Assembly: GCA_944360075.1 (NCBI GenBank)
Contig: CALVTE010000003.1
Location: 12,964 to 76,963 of the forward strand
Origin: an uncultured Clostridia bacterium
GTDB lineage: Bacteria; Bacillota; Clostridia; Christensenellales; UBA1242
Length of the DNA stretch: 64,000 nt
Reading direction: 5' to 3'
The notes below the pieces were generated by a model. It saw nothing but the letters and a program-made list of their open reading frames with translations. It ran no database searches and was not told where the DNA came from. The stretch's first letter is position 1. The number at the start of each line of letters is the position of its first letter. The translations under genes were made by a program, and so were the position numbers. Positions 31,153-40,568 of the stretch are shown here, piece by piece.

Positions 31153-33336
31153 TTATGCTGCAACGTCATATTCCGATAAAATTGGGAAAGGAAAGTCGTC
31201 GGCAACTTGTTGACCTTCTTCTTTCAAAGCTCCAGTTTGCGTTGAAGTTATCTCAAGGCCAAAAATTTTGATTGAAAGAATGTCGTTTTGTTTTGATATG
31301 GTGATGGAAAGTGTTTCGCTTTCAATCGACATATGAGAGGTTTTGATGGATTTATCGCTGTTAAATTCAAGGTAAATTGACATTTCAAAACCAAACAAGT
31401 CCATACTATATTCCAAAGTTGGATTTTTTGTGGTGGAGATTTCTATTGAAAGAGCAAGCAGTCCAATTCCAACCAAAGTTGAAGTCAGGGCTGTATTTTC
31501 ATTGATTTCAAACAAGGACTCTGTTTGGTCAGAGCTGTTCATGCTGATGTCGAGCTGTATGTTGTCGCCCGCTTGAATTATCATGCGAGGCGTGAAGTTG
31601 TTGTATAGTTTCACATTTATCTTATCGCCAAGTTTGACAAGCAAGCAGCGCCCGAAATCTGAGTAGCGCTGGTCAATGCAGGTGATAAGGCTTGGCAAAA
31701 CATCTTCGCTCAGCACTGACAAGGCCATCAAAGCCAAATCTTGTTTTTCAATTTCCATGCCGGTGGTCAAAGAAAGCAGTCCGTTCATGGTTGAAAGTGC
31801 TTCATCAAAAGAGTTGAAGATAAAGGATATTTCGCCAGTTTGTGCATATATTTTTCCGTCATAAAGGGCAAGTTGCAACTGTCCCAAATCCAAATATAAT
31901 TCAAAGCCGTCTTCCAAAACCATTCTATAGTTGCCACTGAAAGAAGTGTTGTTGATTTTTATGTTCATTGTGCCTTCAATGGCAGGGGAAGAAAAGAGTT
32001 CTGACATAGTCTTAAGGTATGGAGCAATCTCATCAAAATCAACAGTGAAATATTCGTTTACAATAAAGTTTGGCAATTTTGCATTATGATTGAGCTGCAG
32101 TTTTGCAGAAAAATCTTGGCCTTCAATAGAAATTTGGCAAGGGCTTGATGTTGACAGGTCGACTTTGCCAAAATCTTTGATTGACAAAGAAATCCCGTTT
32201 TCAGTTTGTGTGATTTGTTCAAAGATTGACAGTTCGATTTTGCTTAAGTCGGCAGCGCCAAGCAGTGAAAAGACGTCCTTAAGCTGGAATTTTTCAGGTT
32301 GCAAAACATTCCATATTTGTTCTGGCAAACTGATGCCAACAGCCTCGAGCGCTGATTTTAAACTAGAAATTTGGTTTATACCAAACTTATAGTGCAGGTT
32401 GTAAAAATCAAGATATACATTTTTGTTGAACAGCATAAGGCTGATATTTTCATCCAAAGAGAGTTTGATTTTATCAAAATTCTTGCTGGCAACAAAAGAA
32501 AAATCAAAAGTGTTTTGATTGAAGTTTACGCTTCCATCAAAGGCAATGTTGTCAAGCAGGGCAATGTTTTGCGCCAAGCCGTTTGCCGATTGTAAAAGCA
32601 AGTTTGCGCTCAAATATTCTTGTTTGTTTCGTTCGATTTTTTGAGCGGCTGAGTTGTCAAAGCCTACTCGAACGTTTATGCTTAAATCGCCAAGGTTGAC
32701 GTTTGCTGCGCTCAGCGAAATGATTTTATAGTCTTTGTCCGTTTCAATTTCCACATCTGCAAAAGGCAAGACAAGTTCAATCAAATACCCATTGTCAAGA
32801 GATGTTTCTTTAAGGTTTGAAAGCAGCGGCAAAAGTTCTTCAAGGTTTATTGAGTCAAAATCAAAGTCTAACTTTGGCAATTCAACTTGCATAAGTGCCA
32901 AAAGTTGTTGAATATCAGTCAGAGTTTGGTCGACATCAAAATAAAATTTTCCGCCAAAAACGTCCAAATAAAGTTCTTTTTCAAAATAAGCGACGGTCAG
33001 TGGGAGTTTTTGCTCATCAAAAGCAAGGCTGAGTTTCGCCTCGGCAGCAATATTTTCAAGCCCGTTTGAAAAATCCACTGTTCCCTTGCCGTCAAGTGCC
33101 ATCAGTGCGTTATCGTTTTTGTCTGAAATTGTTGCGTCAAAAGTCAAGTTTGTCGAAGTGTTTTGCATCATTCCCGTCAAAATATTTGAAATTTGTTCTG
33201 GGATTTGGGCAACGCTCTGTGAAGGGGAAGTGTTTGAGCTGTCATTCCAAGAAAGCAAAATCACTCCGTAAGCTGATGCCACGGATATGACCAAATACAT
33301 GAGTGTGTAAGATATGTATTTTAAAATTCTTTTCAT
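31153..33336 (-). CDS. Membrane-anchored extracellular protein with internal beta-rich repeats
   Basis: N-terminal TM; three similar LY-type segments about 190 aa apart; GGAGG RBS. Confidence 0.7.
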   Translation of the reverse strand: MKRILKYISYTLMYLVISVASAYGVILLSWNDSSNTSPSQSVAQIPEQISNILTGMMQNTSTNLTFDATISDKNDNALMALDGKGTVDFSNGLENIAAEAKLSLAFDEQKLPLTVAYFEKELYLDVFGGKFYFDVDQTLTDIQQLLALMQVELPKLDFDFDSINLEELLPLLSNLKETSLDNGYLIELVLPFADVEIETDKDYKIISLSAANVNLGDLSINVRVGFDNSAAQKIERNKQEYLSANLLLQSANGLAQNIALLDNIAFDGSVNFNQNTFDFSFVASKNFDKIKLSLDENISLMLFNKNVYLDFYNLHYKFGINQISSLKSALEAVGISLPEQIWNVLQPEKFQLKDVFSLLGAADLSKIELSIFEQITQTENGISLSIKDFGKVDLSTSSPCQISIEGQDFSAKLQLNHNAKLPNFIVNEYFTVDFDEIAPYLKTMSELFSSPAIEGTMNIKINNTSFSGNYRMVLEDGFELYLDLGQLQLALYDGKIYAQTGEISFIFNSFDEALSTMNGLLSLTTGMEIEKQDLALMALSVLSEDVLPSLITCIDQRYSDFGRCLLVKLGDKINVKLYNNFTPRMIIQAGDNIQLDISMNSSDQTESLFEINENTALTSTLVGIGLLALSIEISTTKNPTLEYSMDLFGFEMSIYLEFNSDKSIKTSHMSIESETLSITISKQNDILSIKIFGLEITSTQTGALKEEGQQVADDFPFPILSEYDVAA

Positions 33337-33345
33337 AAATCCTCC

Positions 33346-34557
33346 TTACAAAACGTCGATTACAACATCTTGGTCAAAGTAGAAATAGTTGTCAAGCGTG
33401 CCGGTGCAGGAATTTTTCATTCCATAGGCAACGATTGAATAGATTTCGGTGGAACTTATAGAAACAAAATTCCAATTCTCGTCTATTGTCACAACCTGCG
33501 TGATGGAAGAAAATTCTGGATAGGAAGACAGGCTGCTGGTGTATTTTATTTGGTTGATATAGTTCAAAACGCTGTAAATCGGGTCAAGCATCATGGTGAA
33601 CTGATAATACTTGCTTCCATCTTCGTTTTCAATAAGCGTTATCTCTCCATCCAGGCTGTTTGAAACTGTTTGCTCAGCGATAATAAAGTTTTGGCTTGTG
33701 TTTGGCAGCCCGCCAGTCAGGTTTTTATAGTCTTTTGCAAGATATGTGTTTCGCTCGCCATTCCAGTCGGCGGTTTTGTCTGAAGTGACCTGACCTTTTA
33801 TTGTGGTGACTGAGGTTTTGGTTTTGTTCATTTGAGCGATTTCTGCAATTTTCATCAGGCCGCTGCTTATGCTGATGGATTGATAGGTTTGACCGTCATA
33901 TTTTTTTTCGCTGTAAATCTTCTGCTCTGTGATGGTTGAAACCTTGCCTGTGCCTTGGATGATATATTGACTGGCATTTTCAAAGTTATAGTTTGCAAGC
34001 TGATAATTTTCGGCCAAAGTCAAATCAAGGGGAGTTGCGGCTTGCGAGTTTGAAATTTTTGCCAGAGCCGAGTTGAGAGTCTGTTCTTCTTTGGCTTCAT
34101 ATTCGTCTAGCTGCAGCAGATAGCTGTTCCAATCCATGTTTGTTGAAAGCACGTTTGCGTAATACCACGAGCCCAGAAAAACGCCAGTGACGATTGCGCA
34201 CAAAGCAAAAATTGCCTTGTTGAGTATTCTTCGTTTAAGTGATTTCTTTTTCTTTGGTTTCTTCTCTTTTTTGTCGCCTTTTTTTGCTTTACCCTTTTGT
34301 TTGTCTTGCTCTGTCAGGTCAGAAATTGGCTGCTGACTTTTGTCAGACTGATTTTCTGCAAAAAAATCCTGTTCACTGCTTTTGCAGACTTTTTGGATCG
34401 CAAGAAAATCAAAGCGCGCTTTTTTGTTTGCTTCGATTATGTTGAGATATTTGTTTTTGATATATTTTCTGTTAAAATTCAATCTTCCAGCTTCGCTCAT
34501 GCCAGTCTGCTTATCCGCTTCAAGCACAGCCATGCTGTTGTTATCAATTTTTGCCAT
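33346..34557 (-). CDS. Bitopic membrane protein with beta-rich extracellular domain
   Basis: Lys-rich cytoplasmic part, TM AIFALCAIVTGVFLGSWYY, beta-strand-rich C-terminus. Confidence 0.7.
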   Translation of the reverse strand: MAKIDNNSMAVLEADKQTGMSEAGRLNFNRKYIKNKYLNIIEANKKARFDFLAIQKVCKSSEQDFFAENQSDKSQQPISDLTEQDKQKGKAKKGDKKEKKPKKKKSLKRRILNKAIFALCAIVTGVFLGSWYYANVLSTNMDWNSYLLQLDEYEAKEEQTLNSALAKISNSQAATPLDLTLAENYQLANYNFENASQYIIQGTGKVSTITEQKIYSEKKYDGQTYQSISISSGLMKIAEIAQMNKTKTSVTTIKGQVTSDKTADWNGERNTYLAKDYKNLTGGLPNTSQNFIIAEQTVSNSLDGEITLIENEDGSKYYQFTMMLDPIYSVLNYINQIKYTSSLSSYPEFSSITQVVTIDENWNFVSISSTEIYSIVAYGMKNSCTGTLDNYFYFDQDVVIDVL

Positions 34558-34814
34558 TACCACCACTCTTAAAAAACCTTTGGCCAAAGGTTTTGTTTTA
34601 AAGTATATTAAGCACCTTGTCTAGATGCGTAAATTCGATTTTATAGCTCTGGTTTTTCCATTGCTGATTTAAGTATAATATATTAAATATATTTTGTCAA
34701 TCACTTTTACGCGAAAAAAGAAAATTTTTCAAATTTTATGTATAAATATGCAAAAAACATTTGATTTATGCAGAAAAATGATGTATAATATATTCACTTT
34801 CTAAGGAGAAAATT

Positions 34815-35333
34815 ATGAGTGAGACACTGGTTGAAGAGTTTGTGAAACAATTTAAAAAGGACTATTCGCTTGAAGAATATCAAGAAAATCAATCTCTTTC
34901 TGAGGAGGATGGCTTGTTTATCCACTACAGCCTTCTTGCTCTTATCGACAGCGAAGAGTCTGCCAAGGAGCAACTTTTCAATTCAGTAAAAGCTTTGCCA
35001 AAATATGCTGACTATTTTTCAGTAGGGCAAAAAGCGTTTGTGCTCGACAGGTCGGCTCTTGCACAAAACATTGAGAAATTTGTTCAAATGCCGCTGCAAG
35101 GCAACAGCGGGATTGCTTATAGCGACTCAAAACTGGCCTTAAAATCTGACAATCAAATTTTTCGTGAAGAGGTGGTTGAAAGGGCTGCAGCCTCTTCAGG
35201 GATGCAGGTCAAACAAATCAAGCAACTTCTCAGTCCAAAGTTAGACGAGTTTTTGAAGGGCAAGTTTGACTACTACAAGCAGGCTCTTCTCAACCAGCAC
35301 GGGCTTTATAGCTATAGCGAAGCTCAAAAATAA
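34815..35333 (+). CDS. Orphan hypothetical protein
   Basis: 172-aa ORF with TTGATT-17-TATAAT promoter and AAGGAG RBS. Confidence 0.7.
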   Translation: MSETLVEEFVKQFKKDYSLEEYQENQSLSEEDGLFIHYSLLALIDSEESAKEQLFNSVKALPKYADYFSVGQKAFVLDRSALAQNIEKFVQMPLQGNSGIAYSDSKLALKSDNQIFREEVVERAAASSGMQVKQIKQLLSPKLDEFLKGKFDYYKQALLNQHGLYSYSEAQK

Positions 35334-35371
35334 AATTCTGTCAAATATTTTGAATTTTCTGCAAAAAACGC

Positions 35372-35400
35372 TTGACAAACTATAGAAAAATATATAAAAT
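35372..35400 (+). promoter_or_regulatory. Sigma-A promoter of rplM-rpsI
   Basis: TTGACA-17 bp-TAAAAT. Confidence 0.8.
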
Positions 35401-35404
35401 TAAA

Positions 35405-35490
35405 TCGTCTTAACTAAATAAGGCGTTTTTTGTCTGTATTAGCCCCACAGCCTAAAAGAGCCTGTATGAAAAGACTAAATTTTCGGAGGA
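35405..35490 (+). promoter_or_regulatory. Possible L13 ribosomal-protein leader (autoregulatory 5' UTR)
   Basis: About 90-nt UTR before rplM containing TAGCCCC, reminiscent of Firmicute L13 leaders; not tested against a model. Confidence 0.35.
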
Positions 35491-35496
35491 AATCAA

Positions 35497-35940
35497 ATGA
35501 AAACTTTTATGCTTAAACCAACGGATGTTGAAAGAAAATGGTTCGTTGTTGATGCAACCGCTATTCCGCTTGGCAGGGTGGCTTCACAAGTTGCAGACAT
35601 TTTGACAGGTAAAAATAAACCTACTTACACTCCACACGTTGATAATGGCGATTTTGTTATCGTTCTCAATTCTGACAAAATCGTGCTCACTGGCAAAAAA
35701 ACTGTGGAGAAAAAACTTAGATGGCACACAGGATATGTTGGCGGCCTTAAGGAAATTGACTATGGCACTTTGATGGCGAAAAACAGCCCAAAAGCAGTTG
35801 AAAAAGCAGTCAAAGGAATGCTTCCAAAAACTTCTCTTGGCAGAAAACAAATCACAAGACTTTACGTTTACAAAAACGCTGAACATAACCATCAAGCACA
35901 AAAGCCAGAAATGGTTGAGTTAAAAGGAGCTAGAAACTAA
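35497..35940 (+). CDS. rplM: 50S ribosomal protein L13
   Basis: [32 protein letters not shown]. Confidence 0.98.
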   Translation: MKTFMLKPTDVERKWFVVDATAIPLGRVASQVADILTGKNKPTYTPHVDNGDFVIVLNSDKIVLTGKKTVEKKLRWHTGYVGGLKEIDYGTLMAKNSPKAVEKAVKGMLPKTSLGRKQITRLYVYKNAEHNHQAQKPEMVELKGARN

Positions 35941-36347
35941 TGGCAGAGAAGAAAGTGAAAAGCAATCAAATCATTGCTACAGGAAGAAGAAAAAAATCTA
36001 TCGCAAGAGTAAGACTTTTCCCAGGAACTGGCAAATGCACAGTCAATGGAAGAGATATGGGGGAGTATCTTCAAAGAGATACCTTGCTTTTAGTTGCTAG
36101 ACAACCATTTGAAATCACCAGCACTGGCGATAAGTATGACATGATTGTTCGCGTTGTTGGTGGTGGCGTTTCTGGCCAAGCTGGCGCAATTTGCCATGGC
36201 CTTGCAAGAGCGCTTGTAAAAGCAAATGAGAATTTCAAAAAAGAACTTAAAGAAGCAGGCCTTTTGACAAGAGACCCAAGAATGAAAGAAAGAAAAAAAT
36301 ATGGTCTCAAAAAGGCAAGAAAAGCATCTCAATTCTCAAAGAGATAA
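35940..36347 (+). CDS. rpsI: 30S ribosomal protein S9
   Basis: [34 protein letters not shown]. Confidence 0.98.
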   Translation: MAEKKVKSNQIIATGRRKKSIARVRLFPGTGKCTVNGRDMGEYLQRDTLLLVARQPFEITSTGDKYDMIVRVVGGGVSGQAGAICHGLARALVKANENFKKELKEAGLLTRDPRMKERKKYGLKKARKASQFSKR

Positions 36348-36434
36348 AAAACTGCAGGCTTTTGCCTGCTTTTTTGTTTGATTTTGTGAGACAATTTGGT
36401 TGTTAAAACAAAGGCTTTGTGATATAATAAAAGC

Positions 36435-37367
36435 ATGAAAACGCAAAACTATTTGAAATATGACATTGTTGTGATTGGTGGCGGGCCGGCAGGCATTTCG
36501 GCAGCAATCTATGCTGCAAGGGCTGGGCGCAAAGTTGTTGTGATTGAAAAATACGCCCCAGGAGGACAACTCAATTTGATAGGCGAAGTGGAAAATTATG
36601 CTGGCTTCAAAAAGATTTCAGGAGCAGAGCTTGCCCAAAATTTTGAAGAACACGCAAGGTCACTTGGCGTTATATTTGTGATGGATGAAGTTGCCAGCGT
36701 GGCAAAATCAAACAATGAGTTTGTGGTGAAAACAAACTCGTCGGCTTATAAAGCCCTTTCACTTATCCTTGCTGGCGGGTGCCATTCAAGAGAACTTGGC
36801 ATTGAAGGGGAACAAAAATTCAAAGGGCGAGGCGTGAGCTATTGTGCACTTTGCGATGGTAATTTTTTTAAGGGAAAAACCGTGGCTGTTGTGGGCTCTG
36901 GTGATTCTGCCTTTTCAGATGCTGACTATCTTGCCAGCATTTGCAAAAAGGTTTTTGTGCTGACAAAAGCAAAACTCAAATTGCATAATTATGCAGAAAA
37001 TGAACTTGACAATAAGGATAACGTCACCATGCTTAGGGACGCTCTTTCAACTCGCATTTTGGGGCAAGACAAACTTGAAAAACTGGAATACGTGCAAAAC
37101 GGCCAAAGAAAAACCATTGATGTGGATGGTGTGTTTGTTGCCATAGGCAGAAGCCCAGACACTGCTTTATTGAAAGATTTTGTTCAGCTTTCAGATGGTG
37201 GCTACGTCAAATCAAACGACAAAATGGAAACTTCTGTTGCAGGCGTGTTTGTGTGCGGAGATGTGCGAGATGGCAGCATAAGGCAAATTGCCACAGCAGT
37301 TGGAGATGGAGCCATTGCTGGCACAAACGCCAATAAATATGTGCTTTTAAAAAAGTTTAAGGGTTAA
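36435..37367 (+). CDS. trxB: Thioredoxin-disulfide reductase family flavoprotein
   Basis: GGGPAG, GVSYCALCDG, GVFVAIG, GD, ATAVGDG. Confidence 0.88.
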   Translation: MKTQNYLKYDIVVIGGGPAGISAAIYAARAGRKVVVIEKYAPGGQLNLIGEVENYAGFKKISGAELAQNFEEHARSLGVIFVMDEVASVAKSNNEFVVKTNSSAYKALSLILAGGCHSRELGIEGEQKFKGRGVSYCALCDGNFFKGKTVAVVGSGDSAFSDADYLASICKKVFVLTKAKLKLHNYAENELDNKDNVTMLRDALSTRILGQDKLEKLEYVQNGQRKTIDVDGVFVAIGRSPDTALLKDFVQLSDGGYVKSNDKMETSVAGVFVCGDVRDGSIRQIATAVGDGAIAGTNANKYVLLKKFKG

Positions 37368-37384
37368 AGGTTATATAAAAAAAC

Positions 37385-37412
37385 AAGCTGAGCGCAAAAC
37401 TCAGCTTTTTTT
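37385..37412. terminator. Bidirectional terminator between trxB and the DegV gene
   Basis: AAGCTGAG-CGCAAAA-CTCAGCTT followed by a T run. Confidence 0.7.
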
Positions 37413-37413
37413 G

Positions 37414-38241
37414 TTAAACACAAACGATAACACCTTTTTCAAGAGCGTAGTATGAGCATAAACCCTTTGTTGGAAGAACTCTGACCTGTTTGAAATGGCA
37501 TTTCTTGTCAAGCTCCGCTTTGATTTGGGCAACTTCTTCTTCGGCATAGCAGTGCGAGATGATGATTTGTTTGTTTTCAATATCTTTTGTCTTCTCACTT
37601 ATCATTTGCACCATTTTGGAAATTGCGTTTTTGATGCCGATTGTCTTTTTGGCAATCTTTATCTCGCCATTGTCTGCCACACATATTGGTCTGATGACCA
37701 AAGTGCTTGCAATCAGCCCTGCAATTCGGCTCATGCGGCCATTGTTGACAAGGTTGTCAAATCTTTGCAATATGAAGTATAAATCTCGTTCATCTCGATA
37801 TTTTGTGATGGCAGTTTGAATTTCATCAAAAGAAAGACCTTGATTGATAAGTCTGACAAGTTCGTCAACAATCAAAATTTCAGTTCCTGAAACGGCTTTT
37901 GAATCAATCACACAAATGTTTTCTGGTTTTGAATATGATTGCCTAGCAACTATTGCTGAATTATAGCAGCCCGAAAGTTTTGAAGTGATGGTGACAACAA
38001 AAGTGTAGTCTGCTTTGTCAAACAGTTCCAAAAAACTTTGTGGAGCAGGGCAGGCACTGGAAGATTTTTTTGACCTTTTCATTTCTTCAAGCATGGCCTT
38101 GCAGTCAAGATTGTCGTCATCCACAAACTCTTTTTCGCCAACATTGATTAAAAGAGGGATAACGTGAAATCCGATTTTTTTATTTTTAAGATAGTCGCCT
38201 CTAAGTTCTGAGCAACTGTCGACTATTATTTGAAATTTCAT
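37414..38241 (-). CDS. DegV family fatty-acid-binding protein
   Basis: IVDSCS, SACPAP, ITSKLSGCYNSA, IDSK, NGRM. Confidence 0.9.
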   Translation of the reverse strand: MKFQIIVDSCSELRGDYLKNKKIGFHVIPLLINVGEKEFVDDDNLDCKAMLEEMKRSKKSSSACPAPQSFLELFDKADYTFVVTITSKLSGCYNSAIVARQSYSKPENICVIDSKAVSGTEILIVDELVRLINQGLSFDEIQTAITKYRDERDLYFILQRFDNLVNNGRMSRIAGLIASTLVIRPICVADNGEIKIAKKTIGIKNAISKMVQMISEKTKDIENKQIIISHCYAEEEVAQIKAELDKKCHFKQVRVLPTKGLCSYYALEKGVIVCV

Positions 38242-38382
38242 ATATTCTCCTTAAATGGATTGTTTTTTTATATAAGTTTTTGCAAACTCTCACTGATTAG
38301 TATAATACAATATGAAAAATTTTCAAACTAAATTCACTTTTAAAAAGATAAGTTTTTCAAAAAAAATTAAATTCGACAAAAT

Positions 38383-39570
38383 TTATTCCTGCGGATGCTT
38401 GTTTGTGTTTAAAAAACTGCTCATGTTTGACGCCAAAGCAATCTTGCCATATTTTTTGTTGATAAGTTCCACTGCCTCTGAATAGTCCTTTTTGCTGTCG
38501 AAAAAAGATAACTGCACAGCCTCGCTGCTGGCAAGAGATGAGGCTTTAAGTCGTAGGGCTCTGACAGGGTAGTCGAATTTCCAAATACTATCGGCAATTT
38601 TCATGGCATTTTTCACAAGCTCTTTGACCGAATTTGTTGGCGAAATTTTCATAGACTTGTGCGTTGTTTTCAATTTGCTGTCTTTGATGGAAAGCGAAAG
38701 CGTGCCTGCGACCACCTTATGTTTTATCATTCTGTCAGAAATTTTTTCAGCAAGAAAGGCAACAACTTTTTCAAAATCTTGCCTTTTGATGATGTCTTCT
38801 ATGGTTGTGGTGCCATTGCCAATGCTTTTGGGCGGCGGAAGAGTGTAGTAATTTGCCACCTGCGACTTTTCTTCTCCAAGCAAAGCCTGTTTCAAATTCA
38901 GTCCCGTCACTCCCATAAGATGCTGCAAAAACGAGTCTTCAAGTTTGACAAAATCACCAATAGTGGAAATCGAAATAGAGCTAAATTTGTTCTCCAGTCT
39001 TCTGCCAATGCCAATTATTGAGTTTAGTGGCAAGTTGTAAGTTATTTTTTTATAATTATCTTTGTCAATCACTGTTGTGTAGTCAGGTTTTTTTAGGTCA
39101 GAGCCAAGTTTGGCAAATATCTTTGAAAACGAAACGCCGACTGAAACTGTAAACCCAAATTCTTGCTTGACTTTTTGCCTGATTTCATCTGCAATTTGGC
39201 GGCCAGATTTGTTTAGGTAGGCCATGCTGTCAGTCACATCAAGCCAGCATTCGTCAAGCCCCAAAGGCTCAACAAAATTTGTGTAGGAAAGATAAAGTTC
39301 ATGTAGTTTTCGCGAAATTTCTTCATACAAGTCATAGTGCGGTGGCAAACAAACAAGTTGTGGGCAAAGCGCCTTTGCCTCTCCAATCACTTGACCTGTT
39401 TTCACTCCATATTTTTTTGCAAGTTCATTTTTGGCAAGAATGATGCCTGTTCGTTTTTTAGGATTTCCAGTCACAGCAACTGGTTTGTCCTTAAGTTCAG
39501 GTTTTGTTGCACACTCAACGGAAGCAAAAAAATTGTTGACGTCAGAATGTAAAATAACTCTCTCTTTCAT
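38383..39570 (-). CDS. dinB: Y-family DNA polymerase IV
   Basis: HSDVNNFFASVE, LDECWLD, AKLGSDLKKP, GIG, KSIG. Confidence 0.92.
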   Translation of the reverse strand: MKERVILHSDVNNFFASVECATKPELKDKPVAVTGNPKKRTGIILAKNELAKKYGVKTGQVIGEAKALCPQLVCLPPHYDLYEEISRKLHELYLSYTNFVEPLGLDECWLDVTDSMAYLNKSGRQIADEIRQKVKQEFGFTVSVGVSFSKIFAKLGSDLKKPDYTTVIDKDNYKKITYNLPLNSIIGIGRRLENKFSSISISTIGDFVKLEDSFLQHLMGVTGLNLKQALLGEEKSQVANYYTLPPPKSIGNGTTTIEDIIKRQDFEKVVAFLAEKISDRMIKHKVVAGTLSLSIKDSKLKTTHKSMKISPTNSVKELVKNAMKIADSIWKFDYPVRALRLKASSLASSEAVQLSFFDSKKDYSEAVELINKKYGKIALASNMSSFLNTNKHPQE

Positions 39571-39620
39571 TTGCCTTTTTTCTCCCTTTTAGTGTATAAT
39601 TGCCTTTAAGAAGGTTTTTT

Positions 39621-40514
39621 ATGATGGAAATGAAGTCTGGTTTTAAAAATTGTTTTTGCTCGCCTTTGTCTTTCTTGCCTTTGCCGCTCATAGACAAGGC
39701 GCAGATGCTGAGAAATCAACAACTTGAAGTGCTTTATGAATACGTTATTGCCAAAAATTGTCAGGCCGGCATCAAAGAGTTGTGGATTTTGAATGATTAT
39801 ATGCTAGATTTATCAAAATTTGCAAGCAAATATGATATAAAAATCAAAAGCATCATCAAAGCGGAAAAACTTTTTTCAATGCCAAGCGGCTTGCTTGTCG
39901 ACGAAGGGTTGATTGTTTTTATTGACAAGCTAGAAGAGATGAGTGACAACTTTTTGTGCGAAGTGGTCAATTTTTCTGCCAAATTCGACCTGCCTTTGGT
40001 TATAAATTTCGGGCAAAATTTGCAGATGCTTGGGCAACTAGAAAATCGTTATCACAAAAGCCCAGAAAGGGTGCTTGAGGATTTTGGTCTGCTTGACCGA
40101 AGGTGCTATCTTCTAGGTTGCAACTATCTTGACAAAGATGCTTTGAGTTTGTTTGAAGGCTATGACGTTGAATATATTTTCAGCCCAATTTCTGACGCCG
40201 AAAAAGGGGCAGGATTTGTCAATTTCAAGCTCTACGAAAACTATCGCTGCCATCTTGCAAGCATGGACGAGACTGATGTTGACCTGAAAAAACAAGCCAA
40301 CTTTTTAAGGCTTTGCACAAACAATTTGCTCAGCCAGGAAAATGTCGTTGCTGCTCAAAAATATCTCAGCCTTCTGCCTTGCGAGACGGGCATTGAAAAT
40401 AGCCAAAAAGCACTGGAATTTTTAAGAGCAAAAACCCATTGTTGCCCTAAAAATTTTGAAAAAACTGAGCAAAACTATCAAAAATTGCTTGCCGATATAA
40501 GCGAAATAAATTAA
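39621..40514 (+). CDS. Degenerate amidohydrolase-superfamily (MTA/SAH deaminase-like) protein
   Basis: KSPERVLEDFGLLDRRCYLLGCNYL...SPISD...GAGF follows the deaminase pattern, but the His ligands are absent. Confidence 0.5.
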   Translation: MMEMKSGFKNCFCSPLSFLPLPLIDKAQMLRNQQLEVLYEYVIAKNCQAGIKELWILNDYMLDLSKFASKYDIKIKSIIKAEKLFSMPSGLLVDEGLIVFIDKLEEMSDNFLCEVVNFSAKFDLPLVINFGQNLQMLGQLENRYHKSPERVLEDFGLLDRRCYLLGCNYLDKDALSLFEGYDVEYIFSPISDAEKGAGFVNFKLYENYRCHLASMDETDVDLKKQANFLRLCTNNLLSQENVVAAQKYLSLLPCETGIENSQKALEFLRAKTHCCPKNFEKTEQNYQKLLADISEIN

Positions 40515-40568
40515 AATATATCTTGTAACATTCTATAGTTATATAAAGATTTTTAAGGAGAAAATTTT

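Noticed and set aside
39571-39620. LexA (SOS) box upstream of dinB
   Set aside because: No GAAC-N4-GTTC match in the short intergenic region.
40514-40530. NrdR-like box upstream of tex (AAAATATATCTTGTAA)
   Set aside because: Single, AT-rich and lacking the conserved C; likely chance.
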